From assembly GCA_051294375.1 (NCBI GenBank), contig CM119266.1, forward strand, positions 12,145,484-12,209,483: DNA of 64,000 bases. The letters are read 5' to 3'. Of the stretch, positions 1 through 13,621 are shown piece after piece. A program made the translations under genes and the position numbers. How positions within the stretch are numbered: position 1 is the first letter of the stretch; each line of letters opens with the position of its first letter. The notes beneath the pieces were generated by a model. The model did not search any database, was not told the origin of the DNA, and saw nothing but the letters and a program-made list of their open reading frames with translations. The stretch comes from Paraspadella gotoi (taxonomy: Eukaryota; Animalia; Chaetognatha).

Positions 1-329
1 TCTTGTTTCCTTCTTCATTGATTCGCTTCAATTCTTCGTCACGACAATTTTCTTTCTTTTTTTTTCTTTTTTTGCCTTCTTCTTCTTCGGACATAAAATG
101 GCGGCAAGGACGTCGCGAACGATAACCCCTATCGCCACTNNNNNNNNNNNNNNNNNNNNNNNNNNNNNNNNNNNNNNNNNNNNNNNNNNNNNNNNNNNNN
201 NNNNNNNNNNNNNNNNNNNNNNNNNNNNNNNNNNNNNNNNNNNNNNNNNNNNNNNNNNNNNNNNNNNNNNNNNNNNNNNNNNNNNNNNNNNNNNNNNNNN
301 NNNNNNNNNNNNNNNNNNNNNNNNNNNNN

Positions 330-364
<35 letters not shown>

Positions 365-1560
365 AGTTAAAATAGTATGTATATAACAAGGACGAATCAA
401 AGAAAAGACTAAAGACTAATGACGTACAAACTACTCTTCCTGTTCTTCAACAACGACGACAACAACAACAACAATATCAACAACGATAACGAACGAACGA
501 ACGGGCGACGTCGGTGAAACGACCGGTCATGATTCAAATAAGAAGATAAATGTTGTTTGCGCTTTTGTTTCGAAATTGTTTTCCTCCTCTATTTTTTTCA
601 TTTTTTTCCTTTCTTTCTTTTTTTCTCGGCGCTGCTTTTTTTTCGCCGCGTCACGTGATCCAACCCGGCGCTGAAAATGGAATCCGGCGCTCGCGCGAGG
701 AGGACGAAGTCGACAGCGGCGCCGGAAACGGAAGGTCGGCGGCGCCAGGGGGAAAGGCGCGAAACGACGCCAGTTTTCGAAACAGTAAAGACGCGTTTTG
801 TTGTGCAGAAAAAAAAAATTGTTGTCTGTGTGTGGAGAAGGGGGGCGGGGCGTGGTGCTGGTTTTGAATAAAAGAGGAATCACACTTCTGAATCTCCGCC
901 GAATTTTTATTTTTATTTGGGGTCGTAGTTAAATCGTTGAAGTAAAACAAGCTTAAGATTTGATTATTGTTATTGAGCGAGGATAGTCATTCGTTGTCGT
1001 CGTTGTCCTTCTTATCGCACTGCTCTCTCCCGCCACGAAGATCATTTCTATATTTATATCGATTTTTGGTTGTTTTTTTCTTAAATTTTATATAAATCTT
1101 TTGTTTTTCTTTATTTCGCGGACGTCGACCGACTCGACCGACTGTCGGTCATTGACATCAAATCGTCGTCGTCATTCTCNNNNNNNNNNNNNNNNNNNNN
1201 NNNNNNNNNNNNNNNNNNNNNNNNNNNNNNNNNNNNNNNNNNNNNNNNNNNNNNNNNNNNNNNNNNNNNNNNNNNNNNNNNNNNNNNNNNNNNNNNNNNN
1301 NNNNNNNNNNNNNNNNNNNNNNNNNNNNNNNNNNNNNNNNNNNNNNNNNNNNNNNNNNNNNNNNNNNNNNNNNNNNNNNNNNNNNNNNNNNNNNNNNNNN
1401 NNNNNNNNNNNNNNNNNNNNNTTTTCCGCTTTTTACTCCTTCCATTTTCCTTTCCTCCCATCCCTCGCTTTCTCTCTCCCCATCGCAAGACGCTGACCTT
1501 CGCATGGGGCGAGTCTCTGGGCTCCAGCGATTTTTCACTGAGTCCTCTGGGAATCGCCGT

Positions 1561-1750
1561 CTGTCGGGCGAGGCGCCCATAGAGGTTTCATCTATTGAGC
1601 CGGCTGCGGGGCATGGCGCCTATTTAAGTGTCATCTGTTGAGCGGGTTTTCGGGCATGGCGCCTATGGAGGTTTGATCTATTGAGCCGGCTGTGGTGTAT
1701 GGGGCCCATAAAGGTTTGATCTCTTGAGCTGGCTGTCGGGCATGGCCACA
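1561..1750. repeat. 43-bp minisatellite, about 4.3 copies
   Basis: The unit is approximately GGCGCCCATAGAGGTTTGATCTATTGAGCCGGCTGTCGGGCAT. It restarts at 1572, 1615, 1658, 1701 and 1744, an exact 43-bp period. Confidence 0.92.
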
Positions 1751-2524
1751 TATCTTTCAGTTGGATACATTGGTAATTGTATTGAGCTGGCTCGGTTTAC
1801 ATCTTTTAATATTTCTCGCAGTTCACATGGTATTAATTTAATCTATCGAGTCATTGTTGGCGTTGCTATGTCTCCAGGGTTCGATGCTCTGGCCCTCTTC
1901 AGTTCCTCCTACTACGCCGTCTGTCGGAGAAGTCGACGACGTGATTTTTTATCAATGTCGCCCACGGGTAAAAATGGACGCAATGGAGGTTTCTATTATG
2001 ATATCCAATTTTAGATCCAAGATTAGAATACTTTTTTTAATTTAAGTTCGCCTTTCTCTTTTTTTTTTTTAATTTTCAATTTCGATATCAATTTTCAATT
2101 TCGTTTTTTAATTTCGTCATTTTTTTCATTTTCACATTGATTCGGCTGACTTCAATGACATTTTCTGTTACTGTGACAGACTGACAATGTCGTGCGTTTC
2201 TTATCGTTGAATCAATATACTAATAAGTTAAATCTTAATTTCCTTAATAACCTTATTAAGGATACACATTAATATCGTACGTATAGTTAAAACGAACCAG
2301 ATGAACTTATATATTCACGTTCGTATATTGCGCGATATCTTTTGTTTTTATTTGAAGCGTATTCGTCTCATTCTCGTTTCGCAACAACAAAGCGACGGCT
2401 ATTGCGTAGATGTCGTTGTTATTGTTTTTGTTTCCATGGCGATGGTCGGCGCTGATGTTCTATCGTGATTCAATTGACCGAGAGAAGGGGTCATGTTTAT
2501 GAGGTTTTTAACTCCTTTCTCTCG

Positions 2525-2628
<104 letters not shown>

Positions 2629-3190
2629 TTTTTTTCTTTTTTCTTTTTTCTTTATTTCCTTCTTTCTATCTTTCTTTCTCTCTTTCTTTATGTATTTCTT
2701 TCTCTCTCTCTAACTTTTTTCTTTTTTTCTTGTCTTCTCTTTCTTTTCTCTCATGTTACAAGATCTCTTGTCTGTCTGTTGTCCATATCTTTTCCTCCGC
2801 TTTCACCTTTGGCGCTGAATTTCCGCCCTCGTCTCAGTCTGGGGGTCAAAGGTCGACTCTCACTTCCGTGCGAAACTCACTTACGGTTCACCTCTCACTT
2901 TGGATCACCCGCCTCAACCTATAACCCATTGTCCCCTTAAAACCTCTTGAGGTCTGGAAATATTCCGAATTCTCGAAACCTCCTCACCTTCATTCTTTTC
3001 ACAACTCCTCACCTCACACGACCTTCAAACCTTCTCACTCCACCAATTCACTATCCTCTGAAACCCCTTCGATTTACATCTCCCTCACTACGGTTAAAAT
3101 ACCCCCATCGCTCGTTCAATATGGTGAAGCGGCAAACTTCCCGTCTCATTGGCGCACGCCCTTTCTTTTCTCTCTCTCTCTCTCTTCAGC

Positions 3191-3297
<107 letters not shown>

Positions 3298-3373
3298 CGG
3301 CGTCTCTCTCTCTATGAGTTCGGCCCTATATATTGGTCGTCCTCCGACTCTGGCCTCCCTCTCTCCTCTCTCT

Positions 3374-3413
<40 letters not shown>

Positions 3414-4161
3414 TGCCTTTCACAAACATTTCGACTCTTCTTTCCATCGCTTTTCACTTCCGGTCGCCACTCGTCCCTCGATCTCTGCCACGCCCTCGAT
3501 CGGTCGGTCGTTCTAACCTCAAAAATCCCCTTGTTGACCCTTTTCGAATTGGTGTTAATTTTGTTTTACTTTTTGTTCGGGAAAATATTATTTTCAAATT
3601 TCTTCGTTTTACATCTTTTTCCTTTTATTCTATTCAATACATTCTCCCTGTTAGGATCTCTCGTCGAATCCTGGATGAGTTTCGCAACTTTCTTCATAAC
3701 TTTTACTCTTTTCTATTGTTCTCGTATTTTTATTCTTTCTTCCTCTTCACCTCCGCTTCCTCATACTTTCTTTCATTCTTCTTTCTTCTCCCTTTTATTT
3801 CCTCTCCTCTTTTTCTTTCCCTTCTCGCTTCGGTCTTTTAACTCGGAAATAATCGAATCGCCATCGCCGTTAGATGTCTTTAATGTAATTTGCATAAAGA
3901 AACAATTAAATAGGCGTTAATTTTCCGCGAGATCTTTGGAAACTATGAGAAAATAGTCTTTAAAAAATTCACGTCCGTTTGAGCGAAAAACGTTTTAAAA
4001 CAGTTTTTTATAAAATATATCCCGGAGTGTTTTTGATAAATACGGAATAAATATGAATGTCTCGTTACGTTTGCTAATGGGACTTAAATCTTATACCAAT
4101 GTAATTTTCCTTATGCGTCGCTTTTCGGTCGTTATCTCCTCCTCTCTCTCTCTCTCCTCTC

Positions 4162-4226
<65 letters not shown>

Positions 4227-4393
4227 CGTTCTTCCTCTCTTTTTCCCGCGGCTTCCGCGTCTCTTACCCATTTTTCTTTTTCCCTTCCTTTCTCGCGCCG
4301 TAATGGAGGTGGTTCCCCTGAATTATTCAAAACCTCTTATGGTAGGAAAGTGAACACGGTTCTTTAATTGAGAGAGAGTGATAAAAGGGGAAA

Positions 4394-4446
<53 letters not shown>

Positions 4447-4539
4447 TAACAAAAAAGAAACAAAGAGCAACAAGCAGATCGTCCATTCAGCGTTGTATTA
4501 TGGTCGTTCAATGAAAGGCATTATCGCCGCGCGCTTAAA

Positions 4540-4970
4540 TATGTTATGATTCATAGTAAAAAGGGATTAGGATCGTCTCTTGAGGGACGCGAGCGGCGCC
4601 GCGGCCCGAGAACTTGGCGGCGCCGCGGCCCGAGAACGGCGGCGCCGCGGACTGAGACGAGGGCCGCCGGTTTTTTTTTTTTCCGCGGTCGCTAGGCGAT
4701 TTCAATCCTTTCCTCTTTGATCGCCTTTTGTCGCGTAGCAGTAGGCGAAGCGGCCAGACCGCTTTTGTCGCAAAGTCACCGGATGTGCAGCGGATGGCCA
4801 GACGGGGGGGGGAAGAGGGAGTGAGAGGGATGTAATTAGTCGTGGAGATGGAATGAGCTCTCCAGAATATAATAAGCCCGCGGGAATGTACTGTAAGCTT
4901 AAAAAAATTGCTAGAAAATAATAATAGTAGGTTAGTCATAACAAAACATAACATAACATAACATAACATA
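4540..4970 (+). mobile_element. Putative non-autonomous dispersed element (MITE- or SINE-like), copy 1
   Basis: 4711-4945 is the reverse complement of 11456-11693, and the copy 2 end has a different outer flank. The element starts TATGTTATGA (4540) and ends TCATAACA followed by (ACATA)n. It contains an internal GC-rich tandem GCGGCGCCGCGGCCCGAGAAC x~3 (4593-4657). Confidence 0.55.
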
Positions 4971-7616
4971 AAAATTACCTGATGCTCATGAAAATACGAC
5001 GTACTTCTTACTTAAAGCCCCAACGTTTTCCGTCAATGGCGCAGCGGCCAATTTTTTTTCACGCCAAGACTTTCAACATAAAATCAAACAAACACTTCCT
5101 TAATCCGTTTGCGTCATCATTTACAACCGATATTACATTTTAACCTCATCCTATCCCAACCGCTTATCATTCTCTCATCTCTATCCGTTCTCTCTCCGTC
5201 CTTAGTTCATCCTCTCCATCTCTATATCTCACTCATTTCCGCTCAGAGTCTCCTTAAATCCTGCTCTATTCATCCCTCGCATCTTTTTTCATCCTCTCTA
5301 CAACCCATTAATTTGAAAAGGACGGGAGATCCTCATTCTTTTTCTCTCTCTCCTTTTTTAACTAATGTCTAAGAGAACTCCCTTCTCTCTCTCTCTTCCT
5401 TTTTTGATTCTGAATTCTCCACTCTCCAAGCTACTCGCTAACTTTTTTCCTGAATTTTTTTTTTCTCGGTTTTTTGTTTTTTTTTCTTTTTATTCTCATT
5501 TCTGCCCTGGATATTTTTTTTAAACTCTTTTTACATTTCGATTTAATTTTACAAAAAACTCTTGTTTCTGCCTAGAACCAAGATGCGTATACTGTACTGT
5601 TTAGTTCATTTTACAGATTACAGTGGTGGTAGTTTATATGGCTAAGTTTAATTTTTTTATTATCAGTTATCGTTTTAGGCTTGACTTATTTTCCCGATTG
5701 TTCCGACGTCTTGCTTATCTAATGATGTTCAATATACTATTATAACAGAATAATTATGAAATAATTCTTCTTTACTTAGTCTTGATACTCAATTTCATTG
5801 AAAATGAGTATGGATATATGACAACTCTTCTCGTATCCTTATTTTAAAATCCTTGCAATTGAAGCAACTGCTAACGCTCGACTAAACCAATCAAAATCAA
5901 AACCATCCTTAATTCATGAATGAAACGAATCATTTAGCTAAGATCTTCTTATTCGATTATTTTGTGTTCCATTACTATTTTTAAATTAAAATCCCCCCCC
6001 TCCTAATCATAATTATCATGCAAAAAAAAACAACAAATTATTGCTGTATTTTCTTTTCTACAAATATCTTACTCTTTCGAATTCCAACGCCTCACTTGAC
6101 TCAATTCATCCATTTCCTTTTCCCCCTTCTCTGCTCCTTTTTTTCCTTTTTCCTCCCTTAATCTCTTCCCCATCGCTTTTCCTCACTGCTTCTTTCTTCC
6201 TCCGTCCATTTCATCTTATCTTCCCGGACTCGTAACCTTTTACAGCGGCTCAGACTCGAACTCCTCGTTCAATCTGCTCAACCTTGAATCTTGATATTTT
6301 TTTCCCGCGACCCATAGCGACAAGAAACGAGTAAAAAAAATGAACGACTCGCGCGAGAGTTCCAAATCTTCTCTCTCTCATCTTCCTCTCTTCATCTCTC
6401 TCTCTCTCCTCGTCTCTCTCTCGGCTCTCTTTCTCTCTCTCTCTCTCTTCATAGCAGAATAATCAAGTGTGGTTTTATCTAATTTGTTGACGAGGCTGTT
6501 CCCAAAATTCTAAAGAACTTGTTCTTCTTCCAAGTTTCTCCTTCTTTGCTGTTCTTTTTGCTTTTTCTCCTTCGCAAAAGACATATTCTATACTGACTCC
6601 TTCCTAAAAGAACTGTTTTCTTTCCGTTATTCCTTCGTAATAAACTGTTCTTTTCCTCTTTTTTTCTCGCCTGAGTTGCCTTCCGTTATCATGTTGTTTG
6701 TAATGTTTTCAAACGATTCGTCGATCGTTTTGGTTTCTCCTCTACTTTCCTTTCCTCGCGAAGAGATTTTTCTAAGACCGATAAATTCCGATCGCATTCC
6801 ACTTCCTCTTCTTTGTTTTTTTTTTTTTTTTTTTTTTGGCTTTTTTTGTTTTGCGCCCGCGGAGCACTGTATAAGTCATTTTTCGGTTCGTCGGTATATC
6901 TGGTCCAGCTGTCTGTCCGACTTACGTTGAAAATGCTTATATTGGTATTGTATGTATTATTCATACAGCAGGTCCGAGACCATGGGCCACAAGTGGTTAA
7001 CAAAAATAAAAAGCAAAAACAGAGAATTCAAGCCAGATTTCCAGTGAACTTGCATATAGTTGGTTGCTCATTTGTTAAGACAGGACAAAACCCTCAAATC
7101 TTAGAAACTGCCTACACCGCCTTAGGAAATAACAGACAAGACAAAATTCAGATGCTGCTTATCAGTAAATCAGTGAGCTAAGAAAGTTTGGTCGTCAGTA
7201 TGTGTCATGTCATGTAATTCATGTTTAACAAAACCCCACTCATTGCGCGGCGCAACTTCATTACCGTTCTTGTTTTCTTTTATTTCTTTGTTTCTATTTT
7301 TTTTCTTTTCTCCTTCTCTTTCTTTTCCCTTCGATGTTTTCCATTTTGCATTTCGATCTTTGTTTTAAATTCTTTTCCTGTGCGTCCCCTATAATTTCAT
7401 TCCTCAATGTCATTAAAACCATTTTCTTCATTCAGCCTGTTTCCCGCCTTTTCAATTCATCATTTCTTCATTCTCCCTTTCTTTCTCCACCTTTGTTTTT
7501 TTCCTTCTTTCTTTCTTCCTCGACGAAACGATCAAAGGAACTCAACGACAAATCCGCTCTTCTCGTATGTCTTCTCCTCTCGCTCCTCTCTTCTTCCCAC
7601 CCTCCTCTCTCTCTTC

Positions 7617-7672
<56 letters not shown>

Positions 7673-8003
7673 GCGTCATCTTCTCATGATGTTCGGCTTA
7701 TATATTGGTCGTCCTCCGACTCTAAGGGCTTTCCTTTTTCTCTCACTCTCTCTCTTCTCTCTCTCGTTCTCTCTCCTCTCTCTCTCTCTCCTTATACTGC
7801 TATAGGACCAGATCATATGCTAATAGAAAATCCGCCCTAACCGGCTTTAGAATAGATGGAAATATGTTAAAAAAAAGGAAGAAAATATTGTCTACAAATA
7901 AATGGACACGTCACAATATTTGCCAATTCTTTATCTTTTTTTTTTTCCTCAATACTCATTTTTTTCCTCATACTTCGTCGCAACATGTCTTTCCGTGAAT
8001 CGT
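4961..8003 (+). repeat. ~3 kb direct duplication, copy 1 (probable assembly redundancy)
   Basis: Colinear with 12192-15346 from CATAAAATTACCTG to TTCCGTGAATCGT. Differences are mostly 1-2 bp indels, and it stops exactly at a 25-N gap. Confidence 0.95.
6938..7170 (-). mobile_element. Possible 3' end fragment of a non-LTR retrotransposon (second copy about 14101-14335)
   Basis: The minus strand ends in ATGAATAGA-(TACAA)3 in copy 2. Upstream, a frameshift-tolerant reading gives D-K-Q-H-L-I-L-S-C...R-Q-F-L...I-C-K-F-L-E-I-C-L, resembling LINE ORF2 C-termini. The segment is CpG-poor. The translation needs indel corrections. Confidence 0.35.
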
Positions 8004-9153
8004 NNNNNNNNNNNNNNNNNNNNNNNNNACCGACCGACCGAACGGTCGAAAACAGGAAAACCCCGAAGAAAATGGTCCGTTGATCGAGCCCGGCGCGTTC
8101 CGAACGCAAGGTACCAGAAAAAGTTTGGTCTGGTCGCTCGAGCTCTTGTCAAGATTGCTGAGAAAGATGGGAAAGGAAAAGAAAGAAAAAGAAAAGGAAA
8201 AAGAAAGAAAAGAAATAAAAGGAAGGAAAGGAAAGAAGAAAATCGGGCGAAGAGGGAGCAACCAGGGAGTTACTGGGTAAATGGATTCGGTTAAGAAGGT
8301 TAAGAGAATAGAAGATAAAAATAAGTAGGCGTGGGGAAAATTACGCGGCGCGGTATAAAGGGCAAGCTCACCCGGTGTTAAAGGTAAGGTAAAATGGCTC
8401 TTGGGGGGAAAAGACGAGTAGCTAAAGGATTAGTTTGGGTTATGAGAGAAAAATGGCGAGGTAAAATTAACGGTGAGCTATGATTTATGTGTTCACGAAT
8501 ATCCTAAAGTTGTAGTGCGATTTCGGAAGCATCTTCCTCCTTACTATTTCCCAGTATTTCTCTATTTACTACAAAAAAATTCGTGATTCTCCCGGAATTG
8601 AATCGTCCATCAGGTCGAAGATCCTACTCACAATTGCCGTTGAGATAATTCCCTTGATTTTTTCCGATTTCTCGCAATCCATTTCTTATTCCCTTTTCTC
8701 CTTTATTTTCCTCTTCCTTTTTCCTCCTCCTCCTCTCATCACCCTTCTTCTTTCTCCATTTCAAACTCAGGTAACATCTCCGAGAATATCGCATTAAATA
8801 ACCTTAACGATGGCATAAAACGCTTTTTTATGTTAAGTTGGTATGCTAATGTGTCAGCCGTGAATTTTGTTTCTTCGGAACGACGGGTTGCGTCAACCCG
8901 TACGTATTCTTTGAAATAGAATGTGAGACGCTTCATGAAAACCTTACTTTATCATACTAAATTATTTAAAGGGTGTACTTACCTTGGAATTTCTCGCGAG
9001 ACCCAAAAAGTGAGGAAACCCATTACCTCGACTCTGATGACGAGTTGAGTCGCGAAACTCGAAACGCAATAAAATTTCGGGATTCGCAAATTAGGAGCAA
9101 ACGGGTTGAGAAACGCCTTCTTGGTTAAGTGTTGGCTTAAAGATATATATTTC

Positions 9154-9213
<60 letters not shown>

Positions 9214-10080
9214 AAGTAATTTCTGGATCTTCTTCTCTGTCATCAAAAGTTCTCTCGACTGTTCGAGTCAATTGGTTAGAATTGAGAGTTGAGGGTAAGG
9301 AGACTCTAAGGAGAGTGAAAAGGAAGTCAGATTAAAGTGAAGTTTATGGATCGAATCAAGATTGGAGAAAGAATTGGATTGAATACAATTGATTTGGGGA
9401 AAGAATTTTGTTTCGGATGGAAAAAAAAGCGCAATTCGCATGGAATGACAAAAATGTAGCACAAAGAAGAGGAGTCGACATTGGCATCCAGAGTTTGCTA
9501 CAAAGCCCAGCGATAGTATGATAAATGTTAATTTCTAGTCTCAGAATGAAAGCTGGATGGAAAATCATCTCATGGACTGGTAAATAATTGAAAATGAAGT
9601 ATCGAGATGAGTCTAACCGGAGAGAGAAAGACAAGGTTGTCATTCTTCATATTCCTTTTCATTTTCCTTTTTTTACCCCATGAGTCACAGATTCGCAAAC
9701 CCTCCTCGCGACGACTTTCTCCCACGGCGCCCGGCCATCCCTTTTTCCCCCGGCGTTGCGGCGCCACTGAGCCTCTTTCCGTCCGGCGCCGGGAAAGAGT
9801 TTCCAACTTTCGCTCGGTTCCGCGCGTCGCGTCGAGACACTAAATCATTTCGCTTCCCTCCACTCGGGCGCCGGAACGAAACGGCGCCGGTCGTCTCTCG
9901 CGTTGCGGCGTTGGTTGGTCTTCAATTGCGATGCCAGTCGCGAATTGTTGCGGCGCCAGTCGCTTGTGGTTGCGGCTCCAGTCTTCTCCGGTTGCGGAGC
10001 CCATCGCATGACATCGCGAAGAACGTAAATCCTGAGAGAGGAACGTGATAAAATTTGAAGGAATGAGAGCGGGAGGCATT

Positions 10081-10121
<41 letters not shown>

Positions 10122-10308
10122 TCTCTCTCATCTCTCTCTCTCTCTCTTCTCATCTCCTCCTCTTCCGCTCCTCTCTCTCTAATTGTGACAAGCTCGTGAG
10201 TTGACAACCCGCGACAACTGCGAGACAACCTGGGCGTTTCACGATTAATCGTTAAAATCTTTTTCTCTTCGAAATCAATCTTCACTCCTTCTTTTATCCG
10301 CAATTTAA

Positions 10309-10369
<61 letters not shown>

Positions 10370-11042
10370 GAGGGAGATGTAGAGATAGAGAGCAAGAGGG
10401 AGAAAAAACGTGACGCGTGAATCGGCGCGAGGCGAAAAGTCGGCGCGCGTGAAATCGTAAATACTTAATTCACACTCGCTTTTTGTTCACGCCTGAAAAA
10501 ATTAAAATATCGGGGAAAGAGAACGGTCGTTGTACTGAGTGAGGTGAGGGGGTAAGTGAGACAAAAGATATGTTAAGGCAGTTTTGTTTGTTAGTGACGA
10601 ACTAAAATAAGGTATATGTAAGGTAAAGTAAGGTTTTCTAAACTTTTTACTTTTGTAATGGGTGATAAATGATACAGTAAACATTTGAACATTTGAACAT
10701 TTGAACAACGAAATTCAAATATTTTTCAAAAGTCAACCAAGTATTTTAATTTAAATGTTATGACCCGAATATCAATTTCCATTGGTACAAAAACTTTTAA
10801 CTGCGTCTTGCAAAAAAATAAACAAGGATTACCAACTGAGGCGATGGCGCCGTCTTTTGTTTTTTTTTCCCGCCCACCGAATCGGCGAACGATATATTCC
10901 GACGCCGCAGCCTTAAAAAGCCCCATTCCGGAGGCGACCTCTACCGGTCGCGAGTCATCGATAGGCGGGAGGCGAACCCAAAGCGCGGATATTTCACGCT
11001 TTTTCTCTCAATATCAAACGCGCCGACGTAAATGGGAGGAGG

Positions 11043-11108
<66 letters not shown>

Positions 11109-11455
11109 GAGGTGAGTGAGAAGAAGAGAACCAGCTTGGAAAAAGAGACCCGAGCAAGGAGGAAGACAGAGAGCAATTAATTCGGCCAAAGACTCTCTCT
11201 TTTTCTCACTCTCTCTCTTTCTTTCTCTATCTGGTCTCTCTCTCTCTCTCTGTCGCGAACTACGGTTATGACCTCACCCCCTCTCCGTTCCCTGCGCTGC
11301 ATAGCAAAAAGTGTTTTGGAGGGCCATTACCATATTCATCGTAGCGCGGCCTTCACAAAGTTTTAATATCGGACGCCGTCGACCCGAGATAACCGTCCAC
11401 GCTTTATATCCCTTCGTCGCCCGTTGATCACTTATTTGCTTTTCTATTACAACTA

Positions 11456-11693
11456 ATGTTATGTTATGACTAACCTACTTATTATTACTTTCTAGCAATT
11501 TTGAAGCTTACAGTACATTCTCGCGGGCTTGTTATATTCTGAAGAGCTCATTCCATCTCCCACGACTAATTACATCCCTCTCATCTCCCTCTTCCCCCCC
11601 CCCGTCTGCATCCGGCTGCACATCCCGGTGACTTTGCGACAAAAGCGGTCGGCCGCTTTGCCTACTGCTACGCGACAAAAGGCGATCAAGAGG
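11456..11693 (-). mobile_element. Inverted copy 2 of the 4540-4970 element, truncated by a gap
   Basis: ATGTTATGTTATGACTAACCTAC...GCGACAAAAGGCGATCAAGAGG matches the reverse complement of 4711-4945 with small indels. It then runs into the 498-N gap. Confidence 0.85.
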
Positions 11694-12191
11694 NNNNNNN
11701 NNNNNNNNNNNNNNNNNNNNNNNNNNNNNNNNNNNNNNNNNNNNNNNNNNNNNNNNNNNNNNNNNNNNNNNNNNNNNNNNNNNNNNNNNNNNNNNNNNNN
11801 NNNNNNNNNNNNNNNNNNNNNNNNNNNNNNNNNNNNNNNNNNNNNNNNNNNNNNNNNNNNNNNNNNNNNNNNNNNNNNNNNNNNNNNNNNNNNNNNNNNN
11901 NNNNNNNNNNNNNNNNNNNNNNNNNNNNNNNNNNNNNNNNNNNNNNNNNNNNNNNNNNNNNNNNNNNNNNNNNNNNNNNNNNNNNNNNNNNNNNNNNNNN
12001 NNNNNNNNNNNNNNNNNNNNNNNNNNNNNNNNNNNNNNNNNNNNNNNNNNNNNNNNNNNNNNNNNNNNNNNNNNNNNNNNNNNNNNNNNNNNNNNNNNNN
12101 NNNNNNNNNNNNNNNNNNNNNNNNNNNNNNNNNNNNNNNNNNNNNNNNNNNNNNNNNNNNNNNNNNNNNNNNNNNNNNNNNNNNNNNNNNN

Positions 12192-13582
12192 CATAACATA
12201 AAATTACCTGAATGCTCATAAAATACGACGTACTTCTTACTTAAAGCCCCCAACGTTTTCCGTCAATGGCGCAGCGCCATTTTTTTTTCACGCCAAGACT
12301 TTCAACATAATCAAAACAAAACATCTTCCTTAACCGTTGCGTCATCATCTTTACAACCGATATTACATTTTCAACCTCATCCTATCCCAACCGCTTATCA
12401 TTCTCTCCATCTCTATCCCGTTCTCTCTCCGTCTCTATCATCCTCTCCATCTCTATATATCCTCCTCATTTCCGCTCAGAGTCTCCTTAATCCTCTCTAC
12501 TTTCATCCCTCGCATCTTTTTCATCCTCTCTACAACCCATTAAATTTGGAAAAGGACGGGAGATCCTCCATTCTTTTCTCTCTCTCCTTTTTAACTAATC
12601 TCTAAGAGAACTCTCTCTCTCTCTCTTCCCTTTTTGAATTCTGAATTCTCCACTCTCCAAGCTATCGCTTAACTTTTTTCTGAATTTTTTTTTTTTCGGT
12701 TTTTTGTTTTTTTTTTCTTTTTATTCTCATCTGCCCTGGAATATTTTTTAAACCTCTTTTTACATTTCGAATTAATTTTACAAAAAAAAACTCTTTTTCT
12801 GCCTAGAACCAAAGATGCGTATACTGTACTTGTTTAGTTCATTTACAGATTACAGTGGTGTAGTTTATATGGCTAAGTTTATTTATTTTATTATCATTAT
12901 CGTTTTAGGCCTGATTATTTCCCGATTGTTCTCGACAGTCTTGCTTATCTATGATGTTTCAATATAAACTATTATAAAGATAATTATGAATATTCTTTTT
13001 ACTTAGTCTTGATACCAATTTCATTGAAAATGAGTATGATATATGACAACTCTTCTCGTATACCTTATTTTAAATCCTTGCAATTGAAGCACTGCTACGC
13101 TCGATAAACAATACAAATCACCATCCTTAATTCATGAATGAACGAATCATTTTAGCTAAGATCTTCCTTATTCGATTATTTTGTTGTTCCATTACTATTT
13201 TAAAATTAAAATCTCCTAATCAATAATTGATCATCAAAAAAAAACCAACAAATTATTCTGTTATTTTCTTTTTTCTACAAATATCTTACTCTTTCGAATT
13301 CCAACGCCTCACTTGACTCAATTCATCCACTTTCCTCTTTCCCCGCTTCTCTGCTCCTTTTTTTCCTTTTCCTCCCTTATCTCTTTCCCCAATCCTTTTT
13401 CCTCCACGCTTCTTTCCTTTCCTCCCGTCCATTTCATCTTATCTTTCCCGGACTCGTAACCCTTTTACCCGGCTCAGACTCGAACCCTCGTTTCAAATCT
13501 GCTCAACCTTGAATCTTGATATTTTCTTCCCCCCATAGCGACAAGAGACGGAGTAAAAAAGACGACTCGCGCCGAGAGTTCC

Positions 13583-13621
<39 letters not shown>

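Noticed and set aside
9028-9070. Hammerhead ribozyme-like core CTGATGA-C-GAGTT...AACTC-GAAAC
   Set aside because: Stem II can form, but I found no complementary strand with a UH cleavage site for stems I and III. A competing hairpin (CGACTC/GAGTCG) also covers the core.
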